From: Macrostomum hystrix | Lineage: Eukaryota; Animalia; Platyhelminthes | Direction of reading: 5' to 3' | Assembly: GCA_950097015.1 (NCBI GenBank) | Contig: CATNEN010000002.1 | Coordinates: 7,192,001-7,256,000 of the forward strand | Length of the DNA: 64,000 nucleotides | Shown here: piece by piece, positions 9,764 to 22,876 of the stretch | How positions within the stretch are numbered: the first letter of the stretch is position 1 | Layout: each line of letters starts with the position of its first letter | Position numbers and translations under genes: made by a program | Notes under the pieces: generated by a model | Databases searched by the model: none | What the model was told of the DNA's origin: nothing | The model's input: the letters and a program-made list of their open reading frames with translations, nothing else

Positions 9764-12060
9764 TTATTATTATTATTATTATTAAAACGCGCACGCCATC
9801 TATGGGTGCTGATTTTTTTATATATATATTTTTTAACAACACATTTAAATGAACAACGAAAAGCAACATAAAAAGCGAAGTTAAGTAGGAATCAAATATC
9901 GAGCTGGGAAGGGAAAGCAAAGGTATTAAAAATAAGAGCAGTAAAAACACAAGGGACGCCAGGGATAAAACAAATTATGAAATATCTATTGTTGAATGCT
10001 AGTAAAATCTCGTAGTCTCAGGGCAGCTGTTCCCTTATTTTAGATATTTCTATGATGTATTTTGCTAAAGCTTCAGCGGTTTCCCTATCGTCTTGAGCCA
10101 TTATGTAGTTAGATTTTTCTTCTGCTGTTAAGGATATGAAATTGGGGGTTTTCCCAGAAACTTCCGTCTCAAATTTCGAACGTACTGCGCTATACTTATT
10201 CCAAGTGCACTTAAAAAGGAAGTGGACCTCGTTTTCAACTTCTGTTTTGCACTTACTACATAATCTATTTGCATACGGAATTTTCGGTCTCGCAGTTCGC
10301 AATGTTTCGCAAGCTAGCTTATGGTTTCCTAGTCTAAACGAGGCTATGGTACGTCTCCACTCCGGGTTGTATATTTGTTGTAAATATTTTTCGGCTGAAT
10401 AATATTGCTTGAAGGAGTAATAGAAGTGACTTAGCTTGCTTGAGTTCTGTGTCCTTTGTCTCCAATGGGTATCGAACTGAGAAACGAAATTTTTCCTGTG
10501 GTTTCCAATTGCTTTTGCAGGACTAATGCCTCTGCAGTTCAGCATAACCTCATTGTTGGTCTTTGCTTTGATTCCAACATCACTGTATGTTTGGTCCGCC
10601 AATAACTTGGAAATTATGGAGTCCGGCCGGCTTGTTATGGAGGCCCAGTACGAAATGCTTCTTTTCTGGATGTTGTATAATAAAGGCAATCTGCCTAACT
10701 CCGAGCGGGCCCCGTTGCCATCCGTATTTTGGCTGACTTGTAGTATGGCTTTACAGCACCTGATGTTTACTCTTTCAAAAAGACAGCGGTCCCAAGGACC
10801 CAGGTTCCACGAGACAAAAGCCCCCCAGGCCTCAGAGGCGTACAGAGCTATGCTTTCTATCATTGCTGTGCAGTACAGCATGAGCTGATTGTATCTGACC
10901 GCCCCATGGCTGGCTAATTTCCTTAAGAGAAGAATAGGATATCCACATTTTTTGTTAATCTCTGTGGCATGGGAATCCACGGTTCCTTTAGCATTGATGT
11001 GAAAGCCAAGATATTTCCATTCTTTGACGCTATCTAACAGTTGTCCCTGCAGAAATAGTTTGTTAGCCGTCTTTGATGGGTCAGGGCAACAGCTAATAAC
11101 CTTAGTTTTTTGCATATTGATTTCTAGCTTGTGGCTCTGACAAAATTCTGACACTTTATCGAGGCCCTTCTGCAACTCTCGAGGATTCTCTCCAAAGATC
11201 ACTAAATCATCGCAGTATAGCAAGTTGTTGATTTGTTCATCTTTAATGAAGGTGTCGCTGCGAAATGAATCCCTTAGCATTGTGCTCAAAGGATCTATAT
11301 AGAGTGAGAAGAGTAGAGGGGATAGGGGACAGCCTTGTCTTACTCCATTTGTTATGCTCCTTGCCTTAGTTGCTTGGCCATCTGAGATCTTCAGTTGGAA
11401 TTTAGCTCCTGAGTACATGCTTTGTATTGCTTCGATTATTTCTGGGCTGACCTTTAACTCCCTAAGTCGTTGGAAAAGTGTTGGATGGTGGACCATGTCA
11501 AATGCGCTTTTTAAGTCAAAGAACACTAAGTGAAATGGCCTTTTGCGACGCTTTTTGTTGTGGATCAACGTCAAGAGAGTGGCAATGTGGTCTGAAGTTC
11601 GGTAGCCCTTTCTATTTCCTATTTGACTGGCTGAAAGCAAGTCGAGGGTGCGAATATGAGTTTCTAGCTTTTCATAGATAAGTGAGGCAAACAGGCGAGC
11701 CAGGGCAGGCAGCACGCTTATGGGTCTGTAGTTTTTGGGGTCACTACGGGAACCCTTTTTATAAATCGGTTTGATTAGGGCATTTGACCACTGTGCAGGA
11801 GTCTGGCCGAGTCTTACGCTTGCGTTAAAAAGCTTCAGAAGTACGGGTTTTAGCTTCTCTTGTCCGTAGATAATGTGCTCATTTGTTATACCATCTATTC
11901 CTGCAGCCTTTCTTCTCTTTAGCTTTTTAACTGCTCTATCGAGATCTACGCAGCTAATTAAATCTTCGGGACTAACTGCTTCATCTGTGCGATGCGGCTG
12001 GGTTCCCGAAGAAGGATGTGCGTTAAACACTTTGGTTAGGTTGTCCGCGATGTCAGCGAT
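9761..12060 (-). mobile_element. 5'-truncated non-LTR retrotransposon (RTEX-like or CR1/L2-group) with (TAA)8 tail
   Basis: (TTA)8 at 9761-9784 on plus; ~230-bp 3' UTR; RT ORF truncated at 12060; clade assignment tentative. Confidence 0.88.
10018..12060 (-). CDS. LINE ORF2 fragment: reverse transcriptase plus C-terminal Cys/His motif; endonuclease lost by truncation
   Basis: KAAGIDGI, YRPISVL, FFDLKSAFD, GVRQGCPLSPLLF, YCDD, WKYLG, CSKC...EVHFLFKC; the first 17 codons of the track ORF (12061-12111) come from the duplicated flank. Confidence 0.92.
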   Translation of the reverse strand: MADIADNLTKVFNAHPSSGTQPHRTDEAVSPEDLISCVDLDRAVKKLKRRKAAGIDGITNEHIIYGQEKLKPVLLKLFNASVRLGQTPAQWSNALIKPIYKKGSRSDPKNYRPISVLPALARLFASLIYEKLETHIRTLDLLSASQIGNRKGYRTSDHIATLLTLIHNKKRRKRPFHLVFFDLKSAFDMVHHPTLFQRLRELKVSPEIIEAIQSMYSGAKFQLKISDGQATKARSITNGVRQGCPLSPLLFSLYIDPLSTMLRDSFRSDTFIKDEQINNLLYCDDLVIFGENPRELQKGLDKVSEFCQSHKLEINMQKTKVISCCPDPSKTANKLFLQGQLLDSVKEWKYLGFHINAKGTVDSHATEINKKCGYPILLLRKLASHGAVRYNQLMLYCTAMIESIALYASEAWGAFVSWNLGPWDRCLFERVNIRCCKAILQVSQNTDGNGARSELGRLPLLYNIQKRSISYWASITSRPDSIISKLLADQTYSDVGIKAKTNNEVMLNCRGISPAKAIGNHRKNFVSQFDTHWRQRTQNSSKLSHFYYSFKQYYSAEKYLQQIYNPEWRRTIASFRLGNHKLACETLRTARPKIPYANRLCSKCKTEVENEVHFLFKCTWNKYSAVRSKFETEVSGKTPNFISLTAEEKSNYIMAQDDRETAEALAKYIIEISKIREQLP

Positions 12061-12729
12061 TGGGGCTTGGGGGTCTTTGTACTCCCGGGGGTCCGCAGTC
12101 TGTGGTTGCAAACAAAGGCCAATATTTTTATCTGCTTTTGCCAGGGAAGATTATTCGCTTGCTTTGTTTATCGATGGAGCTCTGAGTGTAGAAACTGGTG
12201 AGACAACTCCCCGCGAAACCCCCATTTTCCGGGCCACAGACCAAAGACCAAGGAATAGAATTAGACTGCGCATGTAGCATGGCCTGCCTGTGCGTGTTTT
12301 GGGACAAAAAACCAATGCAAAAGATGGTCCCCGCTCTTCCCCTCAACTGGTCAATAGTGTGTGTGTTAGTGGAGTTCCTTATTGTAAATGTATCTAAAAA
12401 GGCGCATTTCCAACTAATTGGGTTGATCACTTCCAAACCTGATTATCAGAAACGAAACTGCATTTTTATTCCTTGGTCTGTTAGGGCTGACTGGGAAATT
12501 GAAAATTTTTCGATAGGAAAAAAGGCAAATTGGCGCTAAAACCAAAAAACAATAGCTCTGTGAACTTTTTATGCAAAGGCTTGCGATGGTATGAATGTCT
12601 CTCTCTTTCCCTTCTCTTTGTTCTGTCACGAAAATATTTACCGGAGAGACACAAGCCACATTTTAAATACATGGCCTAAAGGTGTTGAAAAAAGTCTAAA
12701 AAATATGCTAGGATCTACGATAACTATTA
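12061..12729. repeat. 669-bp direct repeat, right copy
   Basis: Begins exactly at the LINE truncation point (TGGGGCTTGGGGGTC) and ends ...ACGATAACTATTA. Confidence 0.95.
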
Positions 12730-14550
12730 AGTCCATATCCATGTCTCATTCCCTTACCAAACCCAGACATGACTATCACTGGAACCGCGTACAGTTAAGA
12801 AAACAAGTCTTGGTTTCTCTCTTACTCGTTCTGAGCGCTTGTGATAAGAATCATATCCATGACTCTACGGCTCGTAGATAACATTTGACATGAATTTCTA
12901 ACTCAGTGTGTGTGTACGCTCTCGAAATGCACAAGCATACAGTGGAGCGAGTGGACTCACTCTGACTCACTGCCCAGTGCCCCACTCAAAAGTTTTTGCC
13001 CTTGCTCCTACCCTCTGCTCTGATTCCGTATCCTCTCAAAAACAACGAGAACAATTTCATACCACATGTTTGTTTTCCTCTCAGCGGCTAAATAAGAGAG
13101 AGAGAGAGATACTAATATTTTTGGACCCCCATGCACATAGATTTTTATACTTTGAGCTGTAGTGGCAAACTAGCTCTACAATTAGGTAAGGCGAACTGGC
13201 GTACAGATAAAACATGTCTGTGTTCCGATCCCAGACACTCACTCATATATCAATATCCGTGCCGTCCTGGAAGTCAGCACCGCACAGATCGGATCAGTAC
13301 ATACCCCGACAATTTATCCCAGGAAGTCAGGATCAGAATTAGGAACGCATCTAAACTCTAAACAATAAAGAAAAGAAAATTATATGCTAGCTAAATTTTA
13401 TCCATGTTAAGTTGCTTAAATTTCTCACTATGGATGTTTGCAAAAGGGCACTTGGGGTACTAGTATATCATTTGGTTCCGAAGCTAGTCACAGGTAATTC
13501 AGCCCATTCCACGGACTCGTGCACAAACACACACAGATACGTAGCTTGTACGCAGGCAGGCAGGCACCAACTCAATAAGTGTGTACATCTGCCCCTAATT
13601 TTTTGAGTCAGGCATTATATATCATTATTAAATAGGTTCTTTCAACGGCAAGAGAATGAGGGAGAGAGAATCAAGAAGAGATAATCTGGGAAAAATAATC
13701 ACGAAAAGAGACTCAGGGAGAGAGAATCAAGAAGCTAGAATTAGAAGCAATTACGTAGAATCCGGATATTTAGGCATTTTTTCGTGTACTCGACTTGTTC
13801 CAGCAGTTGAAACAAAAAATGCAGCAGATGTCTTAGCATTTCTATAAACTATACACTCTACTTATCAGTAGCGAGTTTCTCTATATGTTCCTTTCAATTT
13901 ATTCAGCAGAAAGTTAAGTTTGCGAAGGTATACGCTTTATACGCAGCTAGGAACACGCATTCGCGCAGCAATTTTATTAATTCATGTAAAAACATTGGAG
14001 GAAGCTAAAAGCAAGAGGGGAATAATCGTACTGTACTTGCTTCCTATTACTTAGTCACGTGTAAATTCACTTACATGCTTTCACGCCTAATCCACACCCG
14101 GCCGACCCCTCCGAGGTTTTACTCACTACTTTTAGTAGAGTATCAAGACATACGGCCAAAAATGTCCGGGTTAAAGATTTAGGACGCCCCTGGCAACCAA
14201 ATGGCGACCGTGACGCGACCGCTTCAAAGTGCACAGAATCTTCAGTTGAAGCTGATCTAGGCCTTGAATATTTTTTTTAGGGTCAATGATGAACTCCAGA
14301 CGGTTTTCAAAACAAGAAATCCATTTTTTTATCATGACAAGTCAGCCGCCCCGAGCGACCTTAAGGCGACCGTGAGGCGACCGAATGAAAGTGCATAAGA
14401 GCTTGGGAAAAACATCCAAAGTACCATTTTTTTTACTGAAAATGCTCTTTAGATTGCACTTAAAGTACTCTGAGAACAAACTCCAAAAATATTTGGGCGA
14501 CCGTTTGGGCGGCGCCGCCCGCAGTCGCCCCCAGTTTTTTTCCCACTGGG

Positions 14551-17500
14551 ATGATTCAAACTCTGGTTTAGCCATGATTGAGACTCTGGTTTAGCCATGA
14601 TTGAGACTCTGGTTTAGCTATGATTCAGACTCTTGTTTAACCATGATTAAAACTCAGTTTTAGCAATGATTCGAACTCTGGTTTAGCAATGATTCAGAAT
14701 CTGGTTTAGCCATGATTCAGACTCTGGTTTAGCCATGATTCAAACAATGGTTTAGCCATGATTTAAACGATGGTTTAGCCATGATTCAAACTCTGGTTCG
14801 CTATGATTCAAACGATGCTTTAGCCATGATTCAAACAATGGTTTAGCCATGATTTAAACAATGGTTTAGCCATGATTCAAACAATGGTTTAGCCATGATT
14901 CAAACAATGGTTTAGCCATGATTTAAACGATGGTTTAGCCATGATTCAAACAATGGTTTAGCCATGATTCAAACGATGGTTTAGCCATGATTCAAACTCT
15001 GGTTTAGCCATGATTCAAACTCTGGTTTAGCCATGATTCAAACATTGGTTTAGCCATGATTTAAACTCTGGTTTAGCCATGATTCAAACTCTGGTTTAGC
15101 CATGATTCAAACTCTGGTTTAGCCATGATTCAAACGATGGTTTAGCCATGATTCACACTCTGGTTTAGCCATGATTCAAACTCTGGTTTAGCAATGATTC
15201 AAACTCTGGTTTAGCCATGATTGAGACTCTGGTTTAGCCATGATTCAGACTCTGGTTTAGCTATGATTCAAACTCTGGTTTAGTCATGATTCAGACTCTG
15301 GTTTAGCCATGATTCAGACTCTGGTTTAGCTATTTAGCTATTTGCCCAGTTAACAAAGATCCCCCAGTTGACAATGATCCCCCAGTTGACAATGATCCCC
15401 CAGTTGACAATGATCCCACAGTTGACAATGATCCCCCAGTTGACAAAGATCCCCAGTTCACAATGATCCCCCAGTTGTCAATGATCCCACAGTTGAAAAT
15501 GATCCCCCAGTTGACAATGATCCCCCAGTTAACAATGATCCCCCAGTTAACAATGATCCCCAAGTTAACAAAGATCCCCCAGTTCACAATGATCCCCCAG
15601 TTGATGATGACTCCCCATTGATGATGATCCCCAGTTAACAATGTTCCTCCAGTTGACAATGTTCCCCCAGTTGACAATGATCCCCCAGTTGATGATGATC
15701 ACCCAGTTGACAATGATCCCCCAGTTGACAATGATCCCCCAGTTGACAATGATCCCCCTGTTGACAATGATCCCCCAGTTGATAATGATCCCGCGCGTTG
15801 ACAATGATCCCACAGTTGACAATGATCCCCCAGTTGACAATGATCCCCCAGTTGACAAAGATCCCCAGTTCACAATGATCCCCCAGTTGATGATGATCCC
15901 CCAGTTGAAAATGATCCCCCATGCAGTTGACAATGATCCCCCAGTTGAAAATGATCCCCCAGTTGACAATGATCCCCCAGTTGACAATGATCCCCCAGTT
16001 GACAATGATCCCCCAGTTTACCATGATCCCCCAGTTCACCATGATCCCCATTTTGATGATGACTCCCCAGTTGACGTTGATTTTTCAAACGCTGGGTTAG
16101 CCAAGATTCAAACTCAGGTTTCGCCATGTTTTAAACCCTGGTGGGCTATGATTCAAACTCTCGTTTTGCCATGATTCAAACTCTGGTTTAGCCATGATTC
16201 AAACGCTGGGTTAGCCATGATTGAAACTCGGTTTTTGCCATGATTCAAACTCTGGTTTAGCCATGATTCAGACTCTAGTTTAGCCATGATTCAGACTCTG
16301 GTTTAGCCATGATTCAGACTCTGGTTTAGCCATGATTCAGACTCTGGTTTAGCCATGATTCAGACTCTGGTTTAGCCATGATTCAGACTCTGGTGTAGCC
16401 ATGATTCAAGATCTGGTTTAGCCATGATTCAGACTCTAGTTTAGCCATGATTCAAGATCTGGTTTAGCCATGATTCAGACTCTAGTTTAGCCATGATTCA
16501 GACTCTGGTTTAGCCATGATTCAGACTCTAGTTTAGCCATGATTCAGACTCTGGTTTAGCCATGATTCAGACTCTAGTTTAGCCATGATTCAGACTCTAG
16601 TTTAGCCATGATTGAGACTCTGGTTTAGCTATGATTCAGACTCTTGTTTAACCATGATTAAAACTCAGTTTTAGCAATGATTCGAACTCTGGTTTAGCAA
16701 TGATTCAGAATCTGGTTTAGCCATGATTCAGACTCTGGTTTAGCCATGATTCAAACAATGGTTTAGCCATGATTTAAACGATGGTTTAGCCATGATTCAA
16801 ACTCTGGTTCGCTATGATTCAAACGATGCTTTAGCCATGATTCAAACAATGGTTTAGCCATGATTTAAACAATGGTTTAGCCATGATTCAAACAATGGTT
16901 TAGCCATGATTCAAACAATGGTTTAGCCATGATTTAAACGATGGTTTAGCCATGATTCAAACAATGGTTTAGCCATGATTCAAACGATGGTTTAGCCATG
17001 ATTCAAACTCTGGTTTAGCCATGATTCAAACTCTGGTTTAGCCATGATTCAAACATTGGTTTAGCCATGATTTAAACGATGGTTTAGCCATGATTCAAAC
17101 TCTGGTTTAGCCATGATTCAAACTCTGGTTTAGCCATGATTCAAACGATGGTTTAGCCATGATTCACACTCTGGTTTAGCCATGATTCAAACTCTGGTTT
17201 AGCAATGATTCAAACTCTGGTTTAGCCATGATTGAGACTCTGGTTTAGCCATGATTCAGACTCTGGTTTAGCTATGATTCAAACTCTGGTTTAGTCATGA
17301 TTCAGACTCTGGTTTAGCCATGATTCAGACTCTGGTTTAGCTATTTAGCTATTTGCCCAGTTAACAAAGATCCCCCAGTTGACAATGATCCCCCAGTTGA
17401 CAATGATCCCCCAGTTGACAATGATCCCACAGTTGACAATGATCCCCCAGTTGACAAAGATCCCCAGTTCACAATGATCCCCCAGTTGTCAATGATCCCA

Positions 17501-20500
17501 CAGTTGAAAATGATCCCCCAGTTGACAATGATCCCCCAGTTAACAATGATCCCCCAGTTAACAATGATCCCCAAGTTAACAAAGATCCCCCAGTTCACAA
17601 TGATCCCCCAGTTGATGATGACTCCCCATTGATGATGATCCCCAGTTAACAATGTTCCTCCAGTTGACAATGTTCCCCCAGTTGACAATGATCCCCCAGT
17701 TGATGATGATCACCCAGTTGACAATGATCCCCCAGTTGACAATGATCCCCCAGTTGACAATGATCCCCCTGTTGACAATGATCCCCCAGTTGATAATGAT
17801 CCCGCGCGTTGACAATGATCCCACAGTTGACAATGATCCCCCAGTTGACAATGATCCCCCAGTTGACAAAGATCCCCAGTTCACAATGATCCCCCAGTTG
17901 ATGATGATCCCCCAGTTGAAAATGATCCCCCATGCAGTTGACAATGATCCCCCAGTTGAAAATGATCCCCCAGTTGACAATGATCCCCCAGTTGACAATG
18001 ATCCCCCAGTTGACAATGATCCCCCAGTTTACCATGATCCCCCAGTTCACCATGATCCCCATTTTGATGATGACTCCCCAGTTGACGTTGATTTTTCAAA
18101 CGCTGGGTTAGCCAAGATTCAAACTCAGGTTTCGCCATGTTTTAAACCCTGGTGGGCTATGATTCAAACTCTCGTTTTGCCATGATTCAAACTCTGGTTT
18201 AGCCATGATTCAAACGCTGGGTTAGCCATGATTGAAACTCGGTTTTTGCCATGATTCAAACTCTGGTTTAGCCATGATTCAAACGCTGGGTTAGCCATGA
18301 TTGAAACTCTGGTTTAGCCATGTTTCAAACTCTGGTTTAGCCATGATTTAGACGCTGGTTTAGCCATGATTTAGACTCTGGTTTAGCCATGATTCAAACT
18401 CTAGTTTAGCCATGATTCAGACTCTATTTTAGCCATGATTCAGACTCTAGTTTTGCGATGATTCAGACTCTAGTTTAGCCATGATTCAGACTCTGGTTTA
18501 GCCATGATTCAGACTCTGGTTTAGCCATGATTCAGACTCTGGTTTAGCCATGATTCAGACTCTGGTTTAGCCATGATTCAGACTCTGGTGTAGCCATGAT
18601 TCAAGATCTGGTTTAGCCATGATTCAGACTCTAGTTTAGCCATGATTCAAGATCTGGTTTAGCCATGATTCAGACTCTAGTTTAGCCATGATTCAGACTC
18701 TGGTTTAGCCATGATTCAGACTCTATTTTAGCCATGATTCAGACTCTGGTTTAGCCATGATTCAGACTCTAGTTTAGCCATGATTCAGACTCTAGTTTAG
18801 CCATGATTCAGACTCTGGTTTAGCCATGATTCAGACTCTATTTTAGCCATGATTCAGACTATGGTTTAGCCATGATTCAGACTCTATTTTAGCCATGATT
18901 CAGACTATGGTTTAGCCATGATTCAGACTCTGGTTTAGCCATGATTCAGACTCTGGTTTAGCCATGATTCAGACTCTGGTTTAGCCATGATTTAAACGAT
19001 GGTTTAGCCATGATTCAAACTCTGGTTCGCTATGATTCAAACGATGCTTTAGCCATGATTCAAACAATGGTTTAGCCATGATTTAAACAATGGTTTAGCC
19101 ATGATTCAAACAATGGTTTAGCCATGATTCAAACAATGGTTTAGCCATGATTTAAACGATGGTTTAGCCATGATTCAAACAATGGTTTAGCCATGATTCA
19201 AACGATGGTTTAGCCATGATTCAAACTCTGGTTTAGCCATGATTCAAACTCTGGTTTAGCCATGATTCAGACTCTGGTTTAGCTATGATTCAAACTCTGG
19301 TTTAGCCATGATTGAGACTCTGGTTTAGCCATGATTGAGACTCTGGTTTAGCTATGATTCAGACTCTTGTTTAACCATGATTAAAACTCAGTTTTAGCAA
19401 TGATTCGAACTCTGGTTTAGCAATGATTCAGAATCTGGTTTAGCCATGATTCAGACTCTGGTTTAGCCATGATTCAAACAATGGTTTAGCCATGATTTAA
19501 ACGATGGTTTAGCCATGATTCAAACTCTGGTTCGCTATGATTCAAACGATGCTTTAGCCATGATTCAAACAATGGTTTAGCCATGATTTAAACAATGGTT
19601 TAGCCATGATTCAAACAATGGTTTAGCCATGATTCAAACAATGGTTTAGCCATGATTTAAACGATGGTTTAGCCATGATTCAAACAATGGTTTAGCCATG
19701 ATTCAAACGATGGTTTAGCCATGATTCAGACTCTGGTTTAGCCATGATTCAGACTCTGGTTTAGCTATTTAGCTATTTGCCCAGTTAACAAAGATCCCCC
19801 AGTTGACAATGATCCCCCAGTTGACAATGATCCCCCAGTTGACAATGATCCCACAGTTGACAATGATCCCCCAGTTGACAAAGATCCCCAGTTCACAATG
19901 ATCCCCCAGTTGTCAATGATCCCACAGTTGAAAATGATCCCCCAGTTGACAATGATCCCCCAGTTAACAATGATCCCCCAGTTAACAATGATCCCCAAGT
20001 TAACAAAGATCCCCCAGTTCACAATGATCCCCCAGTTGATGATGACTCCCCATTGATGATGATCCCCAGTTAACAATGTTCCTCCAGTTGACAATGTTCC
20101 CCCAGTTGACAATGATCCCCCAGTTGATGATGATCACCCAGTTGACAATGATCCCCCAGTTGACAATGATCCCCCAGTTGACAATGATCCCCCTGTTGAC
20201 AATGATCCCCCAGTTGATAATGATCCCGCGCGTTGACAATGATCCCACAGTTGACAATGATCCCCCAGTTGACAATGATCCCCCAGTTGACAAAGATCCC
20301 CAGTTCACAATGATCCCCCAGTTGATGATGATCCCCCAGTTGAAAATGATCCCCCATGCAGTTGACAATGATCCCCCAGTTGAAAATGATCCCCCAGTTG
20401 ACAATGATCCCCCAGTTGACAATGATCCCCCAGTTGACAATGATCCCCCAGTTTACCATGATCCCCCAGTTCACCATGATCCCCATTTTGATGATGACTC

Positions 20501-22720
20501 CCCAGTTGACGTTGATTTTTCAAACGCTGGGTTAGCCAAGATTCAAACTCAGGTTTCGCCATGTTTTAAACCCTGGTGGGCTATGATTCAAACTCTCGTT
20601 TTGCCATGATTCAAACTCTGGTTTAGCCATGATTCAAACGCTGGGTTAGCCATGATTGAAACTCGGTTTTTGCCATGATTCAAACTCTGGTTTAGCCATG
20701 ATTCAAACGCTGGGTTAGCCATGATTGAAACTCTGGTTTAGCCATGTTTCAAACTCTGGTTTAGCCATGATTTAGACGCTGGTTTAGCCATGATTTAGAC
20801 TCTGGTTTAGCCATGATTCAAACTCTAGTTTAGCCATGATTCAGACTCTATTTTAGCCATGATTCAGACTCTAGTTTTGCGATGATTCAGACTCTAGTTT
20901 AGCCATGATTCAGACTCTGGTTTAGCCATGATTCAGACTCTGGTTTAGCCATGATTCAGACTCTGGTTTAGCCATGATTCAGACTCTGGTTTAGCCATGA
21001 TTCAGACTCTGGTGTAGCCATGATTCAAGATCTGGTTTAGCCATGATTCAGACTCTAGTTTAGCCATGATTCAAGATCTGGTTTAGCCATGATTCAGACT
21101 CTAGTTTAGCCATGATTCAGACTCTGGTTTAGCCATGATTCAGACTCTATTTTAGCCATGATTCAGACTCTGGTTTAGCCATGATTCAGACTCTAGTTTA
21201 GCCATGATTCAGACTCTAGTTTAGCCATGATTCAGACTCTGGTTTAGCCATGATTCAGACTCTATTTTAGCCATGATTCAGACTATGGTTTAGCCATGAT
21301 TCAGACTCTATTTTAGCCATGATTCAGACTATGGTTTAGCCATGATTCAGACTCTGGTTTAGCCATGATTCAGACTCTGGTTTAGCCATGATTCAGACTC
21401 TGGTTTAGCCATGATTTAAACGATGGTTTAGCCATGATTCAAACTCTGGTTCGCTATGATTCAAACGATGCTTTAGCCATGATTCAAACAATGGTTTAGC
21501 CATGATTTAAACAATGGTTTAGCCATGATTCAAACAATGGTTTAGCCATGATTCAAACAATGGTTTAGCCATGATTTAAACGATGGTTTAGCCATGATTC
21601 AAACAATGGTTTAGCCATGATTCAAACGATGGTTTAGCCATGATTCAAACTCTGGTTTAGCCATGATTCAAACTCTGGTTTAGCCATGATTCAGACTCTG
21701 GTTTAGCCATGATTGAGACTCTGGTTTAGCTATGATTCAGACTCTTGTTTAACCATGATTAAAACTCAGTTTTAGCAATGATTCGAACTCTGGTTTAGCA
21801 ATGATTCAGAATCTGGTTTAGCCATGATTCAGACTCTGGTTTAGCCATGATTCAAACAATGGTTTAGCCATGATTTAAACGATGGTTTAGCCATGATTCA
21901 AACTCTGGTTCGCTATGATTCAAACGATGCTTTAGCCATGATTCAAACAATGGTTTAGCCATGATTTAAACAATGGTTTAGCCATGATTCAAACAATGGT
22001 TTAGCCATGATTCAAACAATGGTTTAGCCATGATTTAAACGATGGTTTAGCCATGATTCAAACAATGGTTTAGCCATGATTCAAACGATGGTTTAGCCAT
22101 GATTCAAACTCTGGTTTAGCCATGATTCAAACTCTGGTTTAGCCATGATTCAAACATTGGTTTAGCCATGATTTAAACGATGGTTTAGCCATGATTCAAA
22201 CTCTGGTTTAGCCATGATTCAAACTCTGGTTTAGCCATGATTCAAACGATGGTTTAGCCATGATTCACACTCTGGTTTAGCCATGATTCAAACTCTGGTT
22301 TAGCAATGATTCAAACTCTGGTTTAGCCATGATTGAGACTCTGGTTTAGCCATGATTCAGACTCTGGTTTAGCTATGATTCAAACTCTGGTTTAGTCATG
22401 ATTCAGACTCTGGTTTAGCCATGATTCAGACTCTGGTTTAGCTATGATTCAGACTCTGGTTTAGCCATGATTCAGACTCTGGTTTAGCTATGATTCAAAC
22501 TCTGGTTTAGCCATGATTGAGACTCTGGTTTAGCCATGATTGAGACTCTGGTTTAGCTATGATTCAGACTCTTGTTTAACCATGATTAAAACTCAGTTTT
22601 AGCAATGATTCGAACTCTGGTTTAGCAATGATTCAGAATCTGGTTTAGCCATGATTCAGACTCTGGTTTAGCCATGATTCAAACTCTATTTTTGCATTAT
22701 TCAAACTCAGATTTGCAATG
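14551..22720. repeat. Composite satellite: 23-bp satellite I alternating with three 18-bp blocks (periods 2011 and 2424 bp)
   Basis: Identical junction CTATTTAGCTATTTG at 15330, 17341 and 19765; shared variant monomer order between blocks. Confidence 0.95.
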
Positions 22721-22805
22721 ATGTATGATATTTTATTTACGAAATGAAAAAAATAAATTAAAATAATCTTCAATCACTACTGGCTAAAAATTAGTTTAAA
22801 TGATT

Positions 22806-22876
22806 TGACGCAGTGCAGAATCGAACCCTAGCCTAGACTTACTTATTCCTAGTGCCTACACATCGGCTATTCCGAC
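22806..22876 (-). other. Degenerate tRNA-like / Pol III promoter-like segment inside Helitron B (also at 41836-41906)
   Basis: A-box-like TAGCCGATGTG and B-box GGTTCGATTC at tRNA-like spacing; acceptor and T stems do not pair, so not a functional tRNA. Confidence 0.4.

Larger units (their letters stand above)
2786..14550. mobile_element. EnSpm/CACTA (CMC) DNA transposon, apparently full length
   Basis: Perfect 15-bp TIRs CCCAGTGGGAAAAAA (2786-2800; 14536-14550), 2-bp TSD AT, subterminal GGCGACC motifs at both ends, EnSpm-type transposase inside; empty-site paralog of the target at 19285-19286. Confidence 0.92.

Noticed and set aside
9095-12729. 669-bp repeats as LTRs or Penelope pseudo-LTRs
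   Set aside because: No TG...CA ends, PBS or PPT; the RT is LINE-type with a (TAA)n tail and is truncated exactly at the repeat edge
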